From an uncultured bacterium (GTDB lineage: Bacteria; Babelota; Babeliae; Babelales; JABCYS01): DNA of 64,000 nucleotides. The position numbers were made by a program, and so were the translations under genes. The stretch covers positions 160,001-224,000 of the forward strand of contig CAVPKK010000005.1 in NCBI GenBank assembly GCA_963705705.1. Reading direction: 5' to 3'. This document shows, one piece after another, positions 51,380 through 60,990 of the stretch (the stretch's first letter is position 1; the number at the start of each line of letters is the position of its first letter). The notes under the pieces were generated by a model. It saw only the letters and a list, made by a program, of their open reading frames with translations. It did no database searches and was not told the origin of the DNA.

Positions 51380-52818
51380 TGAGCATGGAAAAAGAAAAGC
51401 AAAATGTTCAGCAATCAGAACAGCCTTTCAACTGTGATCAAGAGGGATTTGGGACCGTTCGTCCTGAGTGTTTTGCGCAGCAAAATGTATCGAAGGATGC
51501 GAACGGCGAAATGAAGAACAGCGCGACACTAAGAACAAAACATCGTCGCTACTATCACACTTTACTCGAAAATTTTTACCGATTTGTAATCCCGCCAAAC
51601 ATGCGCGTGTTGCAAGTTGGTGACCGACATAGTTACCTGCTGAATGCAGTGCAACCGGTTTACGGTGTTCAAACGAATAATGTATTGGAACTCATCCCTG
51701 AGCCATTTGATTACATTATTCTTTCAAATACCACTATGGAAGTGGAAGATGTGCAATCTACATTGCAAAATCTGAAACCATTTTGCACACCAAGCACACG
51801 CATTGTTATTGATACCTACAACTATCTTTGGGAACCGGTATTGAAAATTGCCCAAAAATTAAAACTAGCTTCGTTTAAATCGTCACGCCATTGGCTTTCT
51901 CAATATGATTTGGTAAATCTACTTAACATTGCTGGTTTTGAGGTAGTAACAGCCAACCGTGACATGCTCGTTCCTATTTATATTCCCGGCGTTTCATGGT
52001 TTTTCAACAACATCATCGGTCCAGCACCTTTCATCAATAAACTCTGCTTAAGCTCGTGGATTATCGCTCGTCCAGGGCCGGTCGCCACCAATGCATCAGC
52101 ATCTGTGACCGTCGTCGTCCCGTGCCGCAACGAACGTGGCAATATTGAAGCCGCAATCACCCGCACGCCAAAAATGGGTTCGCATATGGAATTCATTTTT
52201 GTTGAAGGTCATTCCAAGGATGGCACACTTGATGAAATCAAACGTGTTGCCGCAGCATATCCAGATCATGATATTTCCTATTTTGTACAATCAGGTAAGG
52301 GTAAGGGCGGCGCCGTTCGCGAAGCATTTGCACGCGCCAAGGGTGATGTGCTTATGATTTTGGATGCAGATCTGACCATGCCACCAGAAGAGCTCCCTAA
52401 ATTTTATGACGCGCTGGTTTCCGGCAAGGGTGAATTTATTAATGGTTCACGATTGGTTTATGGCATGGAAGAGGAAGCTATGCGCTTTTTAAACCTGTTA
52501 GCTAACCACGGCTTCAGCTTAATCTTTACCTGGTTACTCAATCAGCGAGTAAAAGATACCTTATGCGGTACGAAGGTATTATATAAAAGGGATTATGAGC
52601 GCATCGTAACCGCCCGCCACTTTTTTGGTGACTTTGATCCCTATGGCGACTTTGATCTCTTATTCGGCGCCGCGAAACAAAATCTTAAAATTATAGATAT
52701 GCCAGTGCATTACAAAGCCAGGACCTATGGCACCAGCCAAATCAGCCGTTTTAGCGGAGGTGTTTTGTTGACGAGGATGAGTCTTATTGGCTGGCATAAA
52801 TTCAAATGGCGGGCGTAG
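51379..52818 (+). CDS. Methyltransferase-like + GT2 glycosyltransferase fusion
   Basis: VVVPCRNE, GKGGAV, ILDADL, DTLCGTK, DPYGDFDLLFGA; TAATG coupling to fcl with AGGAGGT RBS. Confidence 0.88.
   Translation: MSMEKEKQNVQQSEQPFNCDQEGFGTVRPECFAQQNVSKDANGEMKNSATLRTKHRRYYHTLLENFYRFVIPPNMRVLQVGDRHSYLLNAVQPVYGVQTNNVLELIPEPFDYIILSNTTMEVEDVQSTLQNLKPFCTPSTRIVIDTYNYLWEPVLKIAQKLKLASFKSSRHWLSQYDLVNLLNIAGFEVVTANRDMLVPIYIPGVSWFFNNIIGPAPFINKLCLSSWIIARPGPVATNASASVTVVVPCRNERGNIEAAITRTPKMGSHMEFIFVEGHSKDGTLDEIKRVAAAYPDHDISYFVQSGKGKGGAVREAFARAKGDVLMILDADLTMPPEELPKFYDALVSGKGEFINGSRLVYGMEEEAMRFLNLLANHGFSLIFTWLLNQRVKDTLCGTKVLYKRDYERIVTARHFFGDFDPYGDFDLLFGAAKQNLKIIDMPVHYKARTYGTSQISRFSGGVLLTRMSLIGWHKFKWRA
51455..51506 (+). 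repeat. Family-A element with an extra loop hairpin, in the glycosyltransferase N-terminus
   Basis: CCGTTCGTCCTGAG-TGTTTTGCGCAGCAAAATGTAT-CGAAGGATGCGAACGG. Confidence 0.88.
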
Positions 52819-52827
52819 GAATATTTT

Positions 52828-53184
52828 ATGACGAGCCCCCTACATCTATCAGACTATTTCACCATCGCAGTTACTGTACCTGAAACACATGCTGATGAAA
52901 TAAGAAAAGCAATGGGAAACGCGGGAGCAGGAAAATTTGGCAACTATTCCTTTTGCAGTTTTTCTACCAAGGGCGTAGCTCGTTTTATGCCACATCATGA
53001 TGCGCAACCCTATCTGGGTTCTGCAGGAAAGCTTGAGGCGGTTGCTGAGGAGAAAATCGAGAGCGTATGCTCAAAAGAGCATCTTGAAAAAGTTATTGAG
53101 GCCATAAAACAAGCTCATCCATACGAAACAGCTCTTATCGATATCTATCCGATATATACGATAGGATGTAAACTTCCACCATAG
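52828..53184 (+). CDS. NIF3/YqfO PII-like domain protein
   Basis: AGAGKFGNYSFCSF...EEKIE...AHPYET. Confidence 0.85.
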   Translation: MTSPLHLSDYFTIAVTVPETHADEIRKAMGNAGAGKFGNYSFCSFSTKGVARFMPHHDAQPYLGSAGKLEAVAEEKIESVCSKEHLEKVIEAIKQAHPYETALIDIYPIYTIGCKLPP

Positions 53185-53262
53185 ATGAATCAGTACATTT
53201 CAAAAAAAGCTTAACATTCGGCAACAAAACTCTAGATAACAACCTTTTATAAGGAACAAACT

Positions 53263-53643
53263 ATGGCAATTCAAAGCATCAATCTTGGATGGATTCTTGT
53301 TAAAGACCACGAAAAAGCAGTAGCCTTTTTCCAACAATTAGGCCTCAAACTTACTTCCCATGAGCCAACATATGGCTGGGCAGAATTTGTAGGGCCACAA
53401 GGCGGCACAGCATTGGGCGTTGGAACTGATAATCCAGAAACAGCCGCTTCTCATGGAAATCTTAAGGCAGGATCAAACGCAGTCATGACATTTACCGTTG
53501 ATGACGTTGTGAAAACAAAGGCGGAATTCGAAAAGCTAGGCGTCAAATTTTTCGGCGACATCATAGAAATACCGGGCCATGTAAAAATGGCAACCTTTGT
53601 TGACCCAGATAACAATGTGTTCCAGATCGTGCAAATGATGTAG
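53263..53643 (+). CDS. VOC/glyoxalase family protein
   Basis: VKDHEKAVAFF..LGL, FTVDD, FVDPDNN. Confidence 0.88.
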   Translation: MAIQSINLGWILVKDHEKAVAFFQQLGLKLTSHEPTYGWAEFVGPQGGTALGVGTDNPETAASHGNLKAGSNAVMTFTVDDVVKTKAEFEKLGVKFFGDIIEIPGHVKMATFVDPDNNVFQIVQMM

Positions 53644-53667
53644 GCAAAATAATTAGCAATAAAACAT

Positions 53668-55353
53668 ATGCTGCTGTTACTACTTTTTGCAATCATTGCC
53701 GGTATCGTTACCACCTTATCGCCATGCATATTACCCGTGTTGCCTTTGCTGCTTGCAGCAGGCGCCGGTCAAGGAAAGTATAGGCCCTATGCCATCATCA
53801 TAGGGCTTATTGCTAGCTTTTCATTTTTTACTCTATTCCTGACTTCTATCATTCATCTTACTGGTCTCTCACCAAATATTCTGCGTTATATTGCCATCGC
53901 TTTATTCATTCTCTTTGGTCTCATCATGCTTTTTCCGTCGTTGGAATTAGCATTCACTAAATTAGTATCTCCGCTGGTAAATCTTGGGTCTCGGGCAGAG
54001 CAGACGACAGCATCCGACACGGGAATTTTTTCTGGCCTTATATTTGGGGCTGCATTGGGCTTAGTATGGGCCCCTTGCGCCGGACCAATTTTGGCTGCGA
54101 TAACTACATTAGCAGCAACAGGAGCGGTAACTGCTCAAGCAATTCTATTAACCCTGGCCTATAGCGTAGGCACTGCGTTGCCCATGTTCTTTATCATGTA
54201 TGGTGGCAGTTCCATCGTCAGTTTTATCTCGCCATATAGTGAATCGATACGCAAAATATTTGGTGGTTTGATGATTTGCGGTGCGCTTGCGATTGCGCTT
54301 CATGCAGATATGTGGCTGCAGCAAATCACGCCTCGCTATGTGCCATCATTGGGCGTAGAAGATAATCCTGCGGTATTAAAAGAGTTGAAACAATTACAAA
54401 GAAAGGTTGGCATGAGTAATAAAGCGCCAAAGATTGGCAATCAAGCGCCAGATTTTGTGGGCATTACCGCCTGGTTAAATTCGCCTGAATTGACCATGGA
54501 TGATCTAAAAGGCAAGGTGGTTCTCGTTGATTTCTGGACCTATAGCTGCATCAATTGTATTCGAACACTCCCATATCTTAAAAAATGGTATCAAGAGTAT
54601 AAGGATAAAGGATTTGTTATCGTCGGTGTGCATACGCCAGAATTTGCTTTTGAGCATGATGCCAAAAATGTAGAAGCGGCCGCTCAACGATTAGGCGTGG
54701 CGTATCCCATAGCATTAGATAATGACTATGGCACCTGGAAAAATTATGATAATCGCTATTGGCCAGCTCATTATCTGATAGATCAGCAAGGCATCATTCG
54801 TGAAATACATTTCGGTGAGGGCGGATACGATAGTACAGAAAATATGATTCGCTCATTGCTTGGCCTACCTTCAATAACCGAGCATGAAAAGCCTGGAAAA
54901 TTATTTGTTTCTCAATCGCCTGAAACCTATCTGGGATACAAACGAGCAGCGCATTATCCTTATTCGCTACAAATACAGCATGATGTTACTGCCACTTATA
55001 GTTACCCCGGCCGAGTAGGTGAAGATGAAGTTGTATTAGCTGGCAAATGGCTGATCTCGGATGAATCAATAACATCGGAAGATGATCATGCAGAACTTAA
55101 ATTAAATTTCAGAGCTCAGCATGTGTATGTGGTAATGTCAGCCAAACAACCATCATTAGTTTCCGTCCTTTTAGACGATAAGCCTATTCCGACGGAAGCA
55201 AGAACCAAAGATATGGATGAGACCGGTCAGATTCGTGTGCAAGAGTCACGTATGTATTCGATCGTTGATTTGCAAAAAGCAGGACGCCATGTTCTCACTT
55301 TGCAGATCCCGCAGGGCATTTCGTTGTATGCGTTTACATTCGGTACTGATTAG
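53668..55353 (+). CDS. dipZ: DipZ-like CcdA + thioredoxin-like protein
   Basis: SPCILPVLP, WAPCAGPIL, DFWTYSCINC, GVHTPEF, YWPAHY, SPETYLG, YAFTFG. Confidence 0.9.
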   Translation: MLLLLLFAIIAGIVTTLSPCILPVLPLLLAAGAGQGKYRPYAIIIGLIASFSFFTLFLTSIIHLTGLSPNILRYIAIALFILFGLIMLFPSLELAFTKLVSPLVNLGSRAEQTTASDTGIFSGLIFGAALGLVWAPCAGPILAAITTLAATGAVTAQAILLTLAYSVGTALPMFFIMYGGSSIVSFISPYSESIRKIFGGLMICGALAIALHADMWLQQITPRYVPSLGVEDNPAVLKELKQLQRKVGMSNKAPKIGNQAPDFVGITAWLNSPELTMDDLKGKVVLVDFWTYSCINCIRTLPYLKKWYQEYKDKGFVIVGVHTPEFAFEHDAKNVEAAAQRLGVAYPIALDNDYGTWKNYDNRYWPAHYLIDQQGIIREIHFGEGGYDSTENMIRSLLGLPSITEHEKPGKLFVSQSPETYLGYKRAAHYPYSLQIQHDVTATYSYPGRVGEDEVVLAGKWLISDESITSEDDHAELKLNFRAQHVYVVMSAKQPSLVSVLLDDKPIPTEARTKDMDETGQIRVQESRMYSIVDLQKAGRHVLTLQIPQGISLYAFTFGTD

Positions 55354-55377
55354 CCCGCATTTGATGGATTATCGGAG

Positions 55378-55809
55378 TTATTCTTCTGAGGGCAATTGCT
55401 TTTTTAGCTGTTCAATCATAGCAATATGCCCTTGGGTTGCCTGTATCTTTTCTTCATACAAAGCCTGCAGATCACTTTTTAACTTTATCAATTCAGCTTG
55501 GCGAGCGTTTTTTTCTGCTTCTGTCGCGGCTTGTTCACTGCTAAATTGCAAATACATTCTCTGGTTTATTGGGTTTGCTATTTTCGCTGCCTGAAGCTTT
55601 TGCGCCTCATATTGCGCGATTCTCGAATCATGTTGGTTAATTAACCTGTTGCATTCGCTAACTTGTTCAAGCAGCCGCGCGATTGCTTGCTCTATAGTTG
55701 GACGAGCTGTTTCAGCTGTGTCAGAGGTTGAATAGAGTACTGACATAGTCAGGTTAGCAAGTAACAGTACCGCCAAGTGAGAAAAATTTTTCATAAACAT
55801 TGACCTCAT
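55378..55809 (-). CDS. Hypothetical secreted coiled-coil protein
   Basis: Signal-like N-terminus, heptad-rich body. Confidence 0.6.
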   Translation of the reverse strand: MRSMFMKNFSHLAVLLLANLTMSVLYSTSDTAETARPTIEQAIARLLEQVSECNRLINQHDSRIAQYEAQKLQAAKIANPINQRMYLQFSSEQAATEAEKNARQAELIKLKSDLQALYEEKIQATQGHIAMIEQLKKQLPSEE

Positions 55810-55836
55810 TAAATAGGAAGAGAATTAAAAATAGAG

Positions 55837-57045
55837 CTACTCACGAGCCAAAATCAAAATAGCATCCGAAACCGGCCGCTCCATACTGGGGCCGCGCCGA
55901 ATGCTTACGGTGTCTCCCGATGGAGAATTGACCAGCTTGCCACCTACAATCATGGTCGATGAGCCGCCGCCATCGAGATTAATTGCTGAAATACAACCCA
56001 CATCTTTAAAATATTGAGCTAATTCTAGCAACGACATGCCAATACTATGATCTTGTCGGCCATCAACAACTACTAGCAACCAGCGTCCGTCAGGAAATAA
56101 ACCAACCGCGGTTCGTGGATGTCTCATGCTGCTAAATTCAGATTTTGAGTCTAGTATCGCTGGGAGAATTTCTCCATTCAATAATAACACTGGTATTGTG
56201 CCACGAAGGTATGTCATATTTTTTAGTGTGGCAGGCTCTATATCCGGAGACAGAAAAGACAAGCTTAGTTCGGCTTCATCTCCTATGGCGATATGATCTA
56301 CTTTTTTTTTAGGTGCAGAATATACAAATCCATCGGCTGGCACTAACGATTCACCGCCACGTCTTTTATCAACAACACGACCGTTGCGTACAATGACATC
56401 AATAAATTTTCTCTTTTGCGGCCTTTTCTTTTTAAAAGCCGGCGTATATAAGATCGCCCCTGATGCGCGTGGTTTATTTACGTCGTTTACCGGAAATGGG
56501 TTGCCATCAAAATATACCATGAATGACGTGGCGCAATGGCCGATCACTGCATCACCCTCATCATTCCAGCCAAGGATGCCAAGGCGTGCTACAGGTAAGC
56601 CATTAAGCGCGGGTCCAACTTCAGTCCGCTCTTTGGAAATAGCGTGCCATTGATCTCCTATTTTGGAAGCAAAAACTGGATAGGCATCGTATGTGTTTAA
56701 TCCCAGGATTCGTAAGCATCGTAGCATACGATCTATAACGTGATTATACGCTTGAAAATCCCAAAAGCCGCCATTGATTGCTGCCAGCACATTGTTGTTT
56801 TCTGCAAGCTGGGACGTCGGTAAGGCATCGCCGCAACTCTCGCTTGCGGCCAATACAATCTGAGCTTTTTTGGGATCAACGATCAAATAGTAAAGTGCCA
56901 CCTGATTTGGATGTTCATTGCGGATGGTAACACCATACTCAATGCCATTGGCCTTTAGATTTTCATACTTATTGGAATGCTCAAAATTGGTATTTGCTAT
57001 TAACGATAGTGGAAGTGCTAAGAAAAATAATAAAAAACTGAACAC
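55837..57045 (-). CDS. Phosphodiester glycosidase (NAGPA/DUF2233) family protein
   Basis: AINGGF, RHPRTAVG, VVDGR, NLDGGGSS, ERPVSD. GTG start 57045 avoids overlapping the tRNA. Confidence 0.88.
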   Translation of the reverse strand: MFSFLLFFLALPLSLIANTNFEHSNKYENLKANGIEYGVTIRNEHPNQVALYYLIVDPKKAQIVLAASESCGDALPTSQLAENNNVLAAINGGFWDFQAYNHVIDRMLRCLRILGLNTYDAYPVFASKIGDQWHAISKERTEVGPALNGLPVARLGILGWNDEGDAVIGHCATSFMVYFDGNPFPVNDVNKPRASGAILYTPAFKKKRPQKRKFIDVIVRNGRVVDKRRGGESLVPADGFVYSAPKKKVDHIAIGDEAELSLSFLSPDIEPATLKNMTYLRGTIPVLLLNGEILPAILDSKSEFSSMRHPRTAVGLFPDGRWLLVVVDGRQDHSIGMSLLELAQYFKDVGCISAINLDGGGSSTMIVGGKLVNSPSGDTVSIRRGPSMERPVSDAILILARE

Positions 57046-57066
57046 GAATGGTCCTCGAGAGGAGAA

Positions 57067-57143
57067 TGGTGTGCCCGGCAGGACTTGAACCTGCGACATT
57101 CAGATTAGAAATCTGATGCTCTATCCAGCTGAGCTACGGGCAC
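57067..57143 (-). tRNA. tRNA-Arg(TCT)
   Basis: GTGCCCGTAGCTCAGCTGGATAGAGCA-TCAGA-TTTCTAA-TCTGA...GGTTCAAGTCC...CCA. Confidence 0.95.
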
Positions 57144-57184
57144 ATACTTCGGAAAGGTCTCGGCGGCGGAACTAGGCAAAAGAA

Positions 57185-57460
57185 TTAGCTCATTCGCGCG
57201 GTCAGAGGGTACTTTTCAGGGTTTTCAAAAATATCTGTACTTAAATCAATGTCAAGGTCAGGCCAATATAGATAATGCTCATGAGAGAATTCAATATTAA
57301 AAATCTCTTTAATTTTTGCATTCAAAAACCACGGATATTCAGAATAGGGCAAAAAATATTCTTTGCCTGCCACTAATAGCCAAATCCCTCGTTCGGTTAT
57401 GTCCGAAACTTCAACCTTTTTTGAAGAACTTTTTCCAAGCTTTTTTGAATTCTTCAGCAT
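57185..57460 (-). CDS. DUF2442 domain protein
   Basis: GIWLL...EYFLPY..YPWF...LYWPDLDIDLS; start uncertain. Confidence 0.85.
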   Translation of the reverse strand: MLKNSKKLGKSSSKKVEVSDITERGIWLLVAGKEYFLPYSEYPWFLNAKIKEIFNIEFSHEHYLYWPDLDIDLSTDIFENPEKYPLTARMS

Positions 57461-57653
57461 GTTTTTCCACCAATTTTTGAAGTTCTCTAATTTGTTTATC
57501 TGATAATCCATGATAGTTAGCTAATGCAATCGTTGGCTCCAGCCAAAACTTGGCTATCCCATCTGGACATTGAACATGCACATGCATGCGGTCTTCTTCT
57601 TTTGCAAAAAAATTAATGCGATAATTTTTGTATCTCAATAATGTCGGAGCCAT
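57411..57653 (-). CDS. DUF4160 domain protein
   Basis: PTLLR...FFAKEEDRMHVHV...AKFWLEP...AWKKFF. Confidence 0.88.
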   Translation of the reverse strand: MAPTLLRYKNYRINFFAKEEDRMHVHVQCPDGIAKFWLEPTIALANYHGLSDKQIRELQKLVEKHAEEFKKAWKKFFKKG

Positions 57654-57732
57654 TCATTTCCCTTTTTGGTTAAGTTAAAGCTAGCACAGGCACTACCACG
57701 TTGCAATTGGTCTCTCTTCAACAATCGGGTCA

Positions 57733-59226
57733 TTAACCAAAAATCGCTGTAAATTCCTTGGCCGCAGCCCGCAATGTAACGCGATCTTCGTCGCTCAAAT
57801 CACCTGATTTTAGAATTCGTTGATATTGATCTGGGTATACCGCACGTGCATAACTTACAAATTGTGTGGCAAACATCCGCACTTGATTGAGTGGCAATGG
57901 ATCAAGGAAATTTTCTTGTAATAAGAATAGCATCAACGTTTGATCAGCAAACGAATACGTGATCAATTCCGGTTGCTTGAGAATTTCCATGATAATGGCG
58001 CCGCGCGCAAGACTTTTTTGCGATATAGGGTCGAGTTCGGTACCAAATTGTGCAAAGTCCAACAGTTCTCGATATTGTGTAAGTTCGAGCCGCAATGCCT
58101 TGATTACCTTCTTGATCGCCTTAGTTTGTGCAGCTCCGCCAACGCGGGAAACAGAGAGCTCAGCACTTACCGCCGGCCGCATGCCTTGATTGAATAATTT
58201 AGTTTCCAAAAATATTTGGCCATCAGTGATCGAAATTAAATTTGTTGGAATGTATGCACTGATATCGTCCCCTTGAATTTCAGCGATTGGCAATGCGGTC
58301 AGCGATCCACCACTTGCCAGCTTACCAGCCCGCTCAAGCAATCGTGAGTGCAGGTAAAACACATCGCCAGGATACGCTTCGCGGCCTGGTGGTCTTCGCA
58401 TCAATAGTGACATTTCACGATAAGCAACGGCGTGATTGCTCAAGTCGTCATATACAATAAGCACATCTTTTTTCTGTTCGCGGAAATATTCGGCGATGGT
58501 GCAGCCTACATATGGCGATAAATATTGATTAATGACCGTTTCGCTTGCTTCTGCAGCAATAACAACGGTGTAATCCATGGCGCCATGTTGCTCTAGCGTG
58601 CGTACCAAACGTGCTAAATTTGCTTGGCGTTGACCAATAGATACATACACGCATATTACATTTTTATCTTTTTGATGAAGTATGGTTGAAAGAGCGACGG
58701 TAGTTTTGCCGGTATTACGATTGCCAATGATTAATTCACGTTGCCCTTTGCCTATTGGAACTAGTGCATCTATAGCAATTATACCGGTTTCGAGTGACTC
58801 GTTGACTGGGCTTCGTTCGATAATGCCGGGTATCTCGTGCTCTACGGGACGAAGATCACGTGCCTTTAATTCGCCAAGTCCATCTATAGGTTTGCCTAAT
58901 GCATTAATAACACGACCGAGTAGCTGCGCGCCGACTTGTGTTTTAAATACACCACCGGTGCGTTGTGCAATTTCGAATTCGCTGACTGGGATGTTGTTGT
59001 ATAGCAAGAATACGGAAACATAGTCTTCATCAAGATTCATGATGATACCTTTGTTGCCGCCTTCAAATTTAACTAATTCGCCGAATACTGCGTTGGTCAG
59101 CCCATGGATGCGGCAAATGTTGTCTCCTATTTGGACAACAATACCAATCTCTTCAAGTTTCTCTTGTGGCAAACCGGTAATGGTTTGCTCGAATAATGAT
59201 ATGAGATCTGTACTTTTGAGTTCCAT
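57733..59226 (-). CDS. atpA: F0F1 ATP synthase subunit alpha
   Basis: GQRELIIGNRNTGKT, RPPGREAYPGDVFYLHSRLLER, SITDGQ, VSRVGGAAQ. Confidence 0.98.
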   Translation of the reverse strand: MELKSTDLISLFEQTITGLPQEKLEEIGIVVQIGDNICRIHGLTNAVFGELVKFEGGNKGIIMNLDEDYVSVFLLYNNIPVSEFEIAQRTGGVFKTQVGAQLLGRVINALGKPIDGLGELKARDLRPVEHEIPGIIERSPVNESLETGIIAIDALVPIGKGQRELIIGNRNTGKTTVALSTILHQKDKNVICVYVSIGQRQANLARLVRTLEQHGAMDYTVVIAAEASETVINQYLSPYVGCTIAEYFREQKKDVLIVYDDLSNHAVAYREMSLLMRRPPGREAYPGDVFYLHSRLLERAGKLASGGSLTALPIAEIQGDDISAYIPTNLISITDGQIFLETKLFNQGMRPAVSAELSVSRVGGAAQTKAIKKVIKALRLELTQYRELLDFAQFGTELDPISQKSLARGAIIMEILKQPELITYSFADQTLMLFLLQENFLDPLPLNQVRMFATQFVSYARAVYPDQYQRILKSGDLSDEDRVTLRAAAKEFTAIFG

Positions 59227-59288
59227 ATTAACCTTAATTACTTAGCAAGTTGTTAGTGTCTGTAAGTTTCTTGCTAAGGTTCCGTTCT

Positions 59289-59828
59289 CTAAAAAGTTGA
59301 ATATTTAACATCGCGCAATTGTTTCCTAACAGAATGCTCCCAGCCAAGATTATCACTTTGCATGCGCACGCCGGCTATTAATTGAGGATCAATCCGATAT
59401 GTTGATCGAATGCGCTTGCCAGTCGCCTGAGCCAATAATTTAATTAATACGTTACGCTCTGATTTATCAAGTTCATGTGATGAAGCAATAGTAAATTCTA
59501 CCATATGTTCACGGTGGCAATATAATTCACGAATATGATGTAAGATGCTTGGTAATGCTAGTACACGTCGATGGCGTATTAAAAGTAGTAGCAGGCGTTT
59601 GAAAAATTCCGCTGCATGAAAACCGTTTGCCAATGAATCTACCAACATGTGCATCTTAGCGGGTTCTAAAATTGGAACATTAAGAAGACCTAATGCACTG
59701 CGATGTTTAATAAAAAAAGTTCTTAATTCACCTGCATATTCATAATCATGTTCGTCAAATGAATCGCCCGCAACGATAAAAAATGCAGTAGCATACTTAC
59801 GAGCCAATGCGGCATACTCAAACGCCAT
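59289..59828 (-). CDS. atpH: ATP synthase subunit delta
   Basis: LARKYATAF, IDPQLIAGV, SVRKQL; operon position. Confidence 0.85.
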   Translation of the reverse strand: MAFEYAALARKYATAFFIVAGDSFDEHDYEYAGELRTFFIKHRSALGLLNVPILEPAKMHMLVDSLANGFHAAEFFKRLLLLLIRHRRVLALPSILHHIRELYCHREHMVEFTIASSHELDKSERNVLIKLLAQATGKRIRSTYRIDPQLIAGVRMQSDNLGWEHSVRKQLRDVKYSTF

Positions 59829-60330
59829 GATGATGCCCTTTGGCTGAAAGTTGTGTGAGATGTTCTATGGCGTTATGGATATAAGCCTCGCCTTTTTTAG
59901 GATTAGCAAATTGTTGTGCGACTGCTTGTGTTGCACCTGCGATGGCCGTTGGCATCAGATGTGCCTGCGCATAATGCAGTAATAATCCTTGTTGCTGTCG
60001 CTCATGCCGTACATGAATTTTTTTTACTAATTCCTCTTGCTCGCGCCGCCAGGTGGCTACCAATGAGGCTTCGTGTTCTTGCCATTGCTGTACACGTTGA
60101 GCAAGTGATTGGCAATATTTTTTTTGATTTTGTGCAGCTTCATTTAATTCATCGAATAGTAATTCAGATTTTGTGATGGCTTTTTTCAACGCATCATGCG
60201 CAGCGTCAGATTGAGCCATTGCATCTTCCAACTGCTTTTTCGTTCGTGTTTGATATACGTACCATGCGACACCAGCAAGTATCACTACATTGAGTATATT
60301 GAAAAATATGGAGACTATATTTTCACTCAT
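59818..60330 (-). CDS. atpF: ATP synthase subunit b
   Basis: N-terminal TM (FNILNVVIL) plus coiled coil; alternative start 60351. Confidence 0.7.
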   Translation of the reverse strand: MSENIVSIFFNILNVVILAGVAWYVYQTRTKKQLEDAMAQSDAAHDALKKAITKSELLFDELNEAAQNQKKYCQSLAQRVQQWQEHEASLVATWRREQEELVKKIHVRHERQQQGLLLHYAQAHLMPTAIAGATQAVAQQFANPKKGEAYIHNAIEHLTQLSAKGHHHGV

Positions 60331-60343
60331 GAATATTCCTGAT

Positions 60344-60392
60344 CCGCTCATCCTGAGTGTTTTGCTTTGCTAAATGTATCGAAGGAATGAGC
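60344..60392 (+). repeat. Family-A element forming the 3' end of the b' gene
   Basis: CCGCTCATCCTGAG-TGTTTTGCTTTGCTAAATGTAT-CGAAGGAATGAGC. Confidence 0.85.
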
Positions 60393-60731
60393 AATCTGTT
60401 CGCTGAGTTGGCTTATGATCTCATGCCGCTTTTCTTGCGGCAGCTCGATTTGTTCTAAAGATGGAATTGGTGGCACAAATTGGGCTGGCGAAGCAAGTAG
60501 AGGCTTTTTCGATTTTAATGATTCATGACACTCACGCCATTCGGCATGTTTAACCTCTTCTGCCTTTTCAACATTTTGCTCGTGTTTATGCAAACGGTCC
60601 TTTAGCTGCCGCTGCTCGGCTTCTTCTTGTTGCAGCGCCTGTACAATTGGAACAAATAAAAATCGGCGCAATAACCAATAGGCCAAAAGAAAATGGATTA
60701 TTTGTACCAAGAGGGTGAGGTTAATTGACAT
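60348..60731 (-). CDS. ATP synthase subunit b' (second b-type)
   Basis: INLTLLVQIIHFLLAYWLLRRFLFVPI motif. Confidence 0.8.
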   Translation of the reverse strand: MSINLTLLVQIIHFLLAYWLLRRFLFVPIVQALQQEEAEQRQLKDRLHKHEQNVEKAEEVKHAEWRECHESLKSKKPLLASPAQFVPPIPSLEQIELPQEKRHEIISQLSEQIAHSFDTFSKAKHSG

Positions 60732-60735
60732 GTCA

Positions 60736-60981
60736 TTAGCTATTTCTAAAAATCAGCAGAATCGAAATTAGAAATGCAAACACTGCTGATGATTCTACCA
60801 ATGCCATTGCCAAAAACATTGCTGTTTGTAGGCGGCCGGCGCTTTCGGGGAATTTTCCAATATTCTCTACTCCCTTGGTACCAATCATACCCTGACCCAA
60901 TGCGGGTCCGATGGTGGCGATTCCCATCGTAAAAGCGGCACCGAGCATTGCGGCTGCCTGCACTAGTAACGGACTATCCAT
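60736..60981 (-). CDS. atpE: ATP synthase subunit c
   Basis: GPALGQG hairpin, ion-binding Glu in ALVESSAVF. Confidence 0.95.
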   Translation of the reverse strand: MDSPLLVQAAAMLGAAFTMGIATIGPALGQGMIGTKGVENIGKFPESAGRLQTAMFLAMALVESSAVFAFLISILLIFRNS

Positions 60982-60990
60982 ATATTTCTC

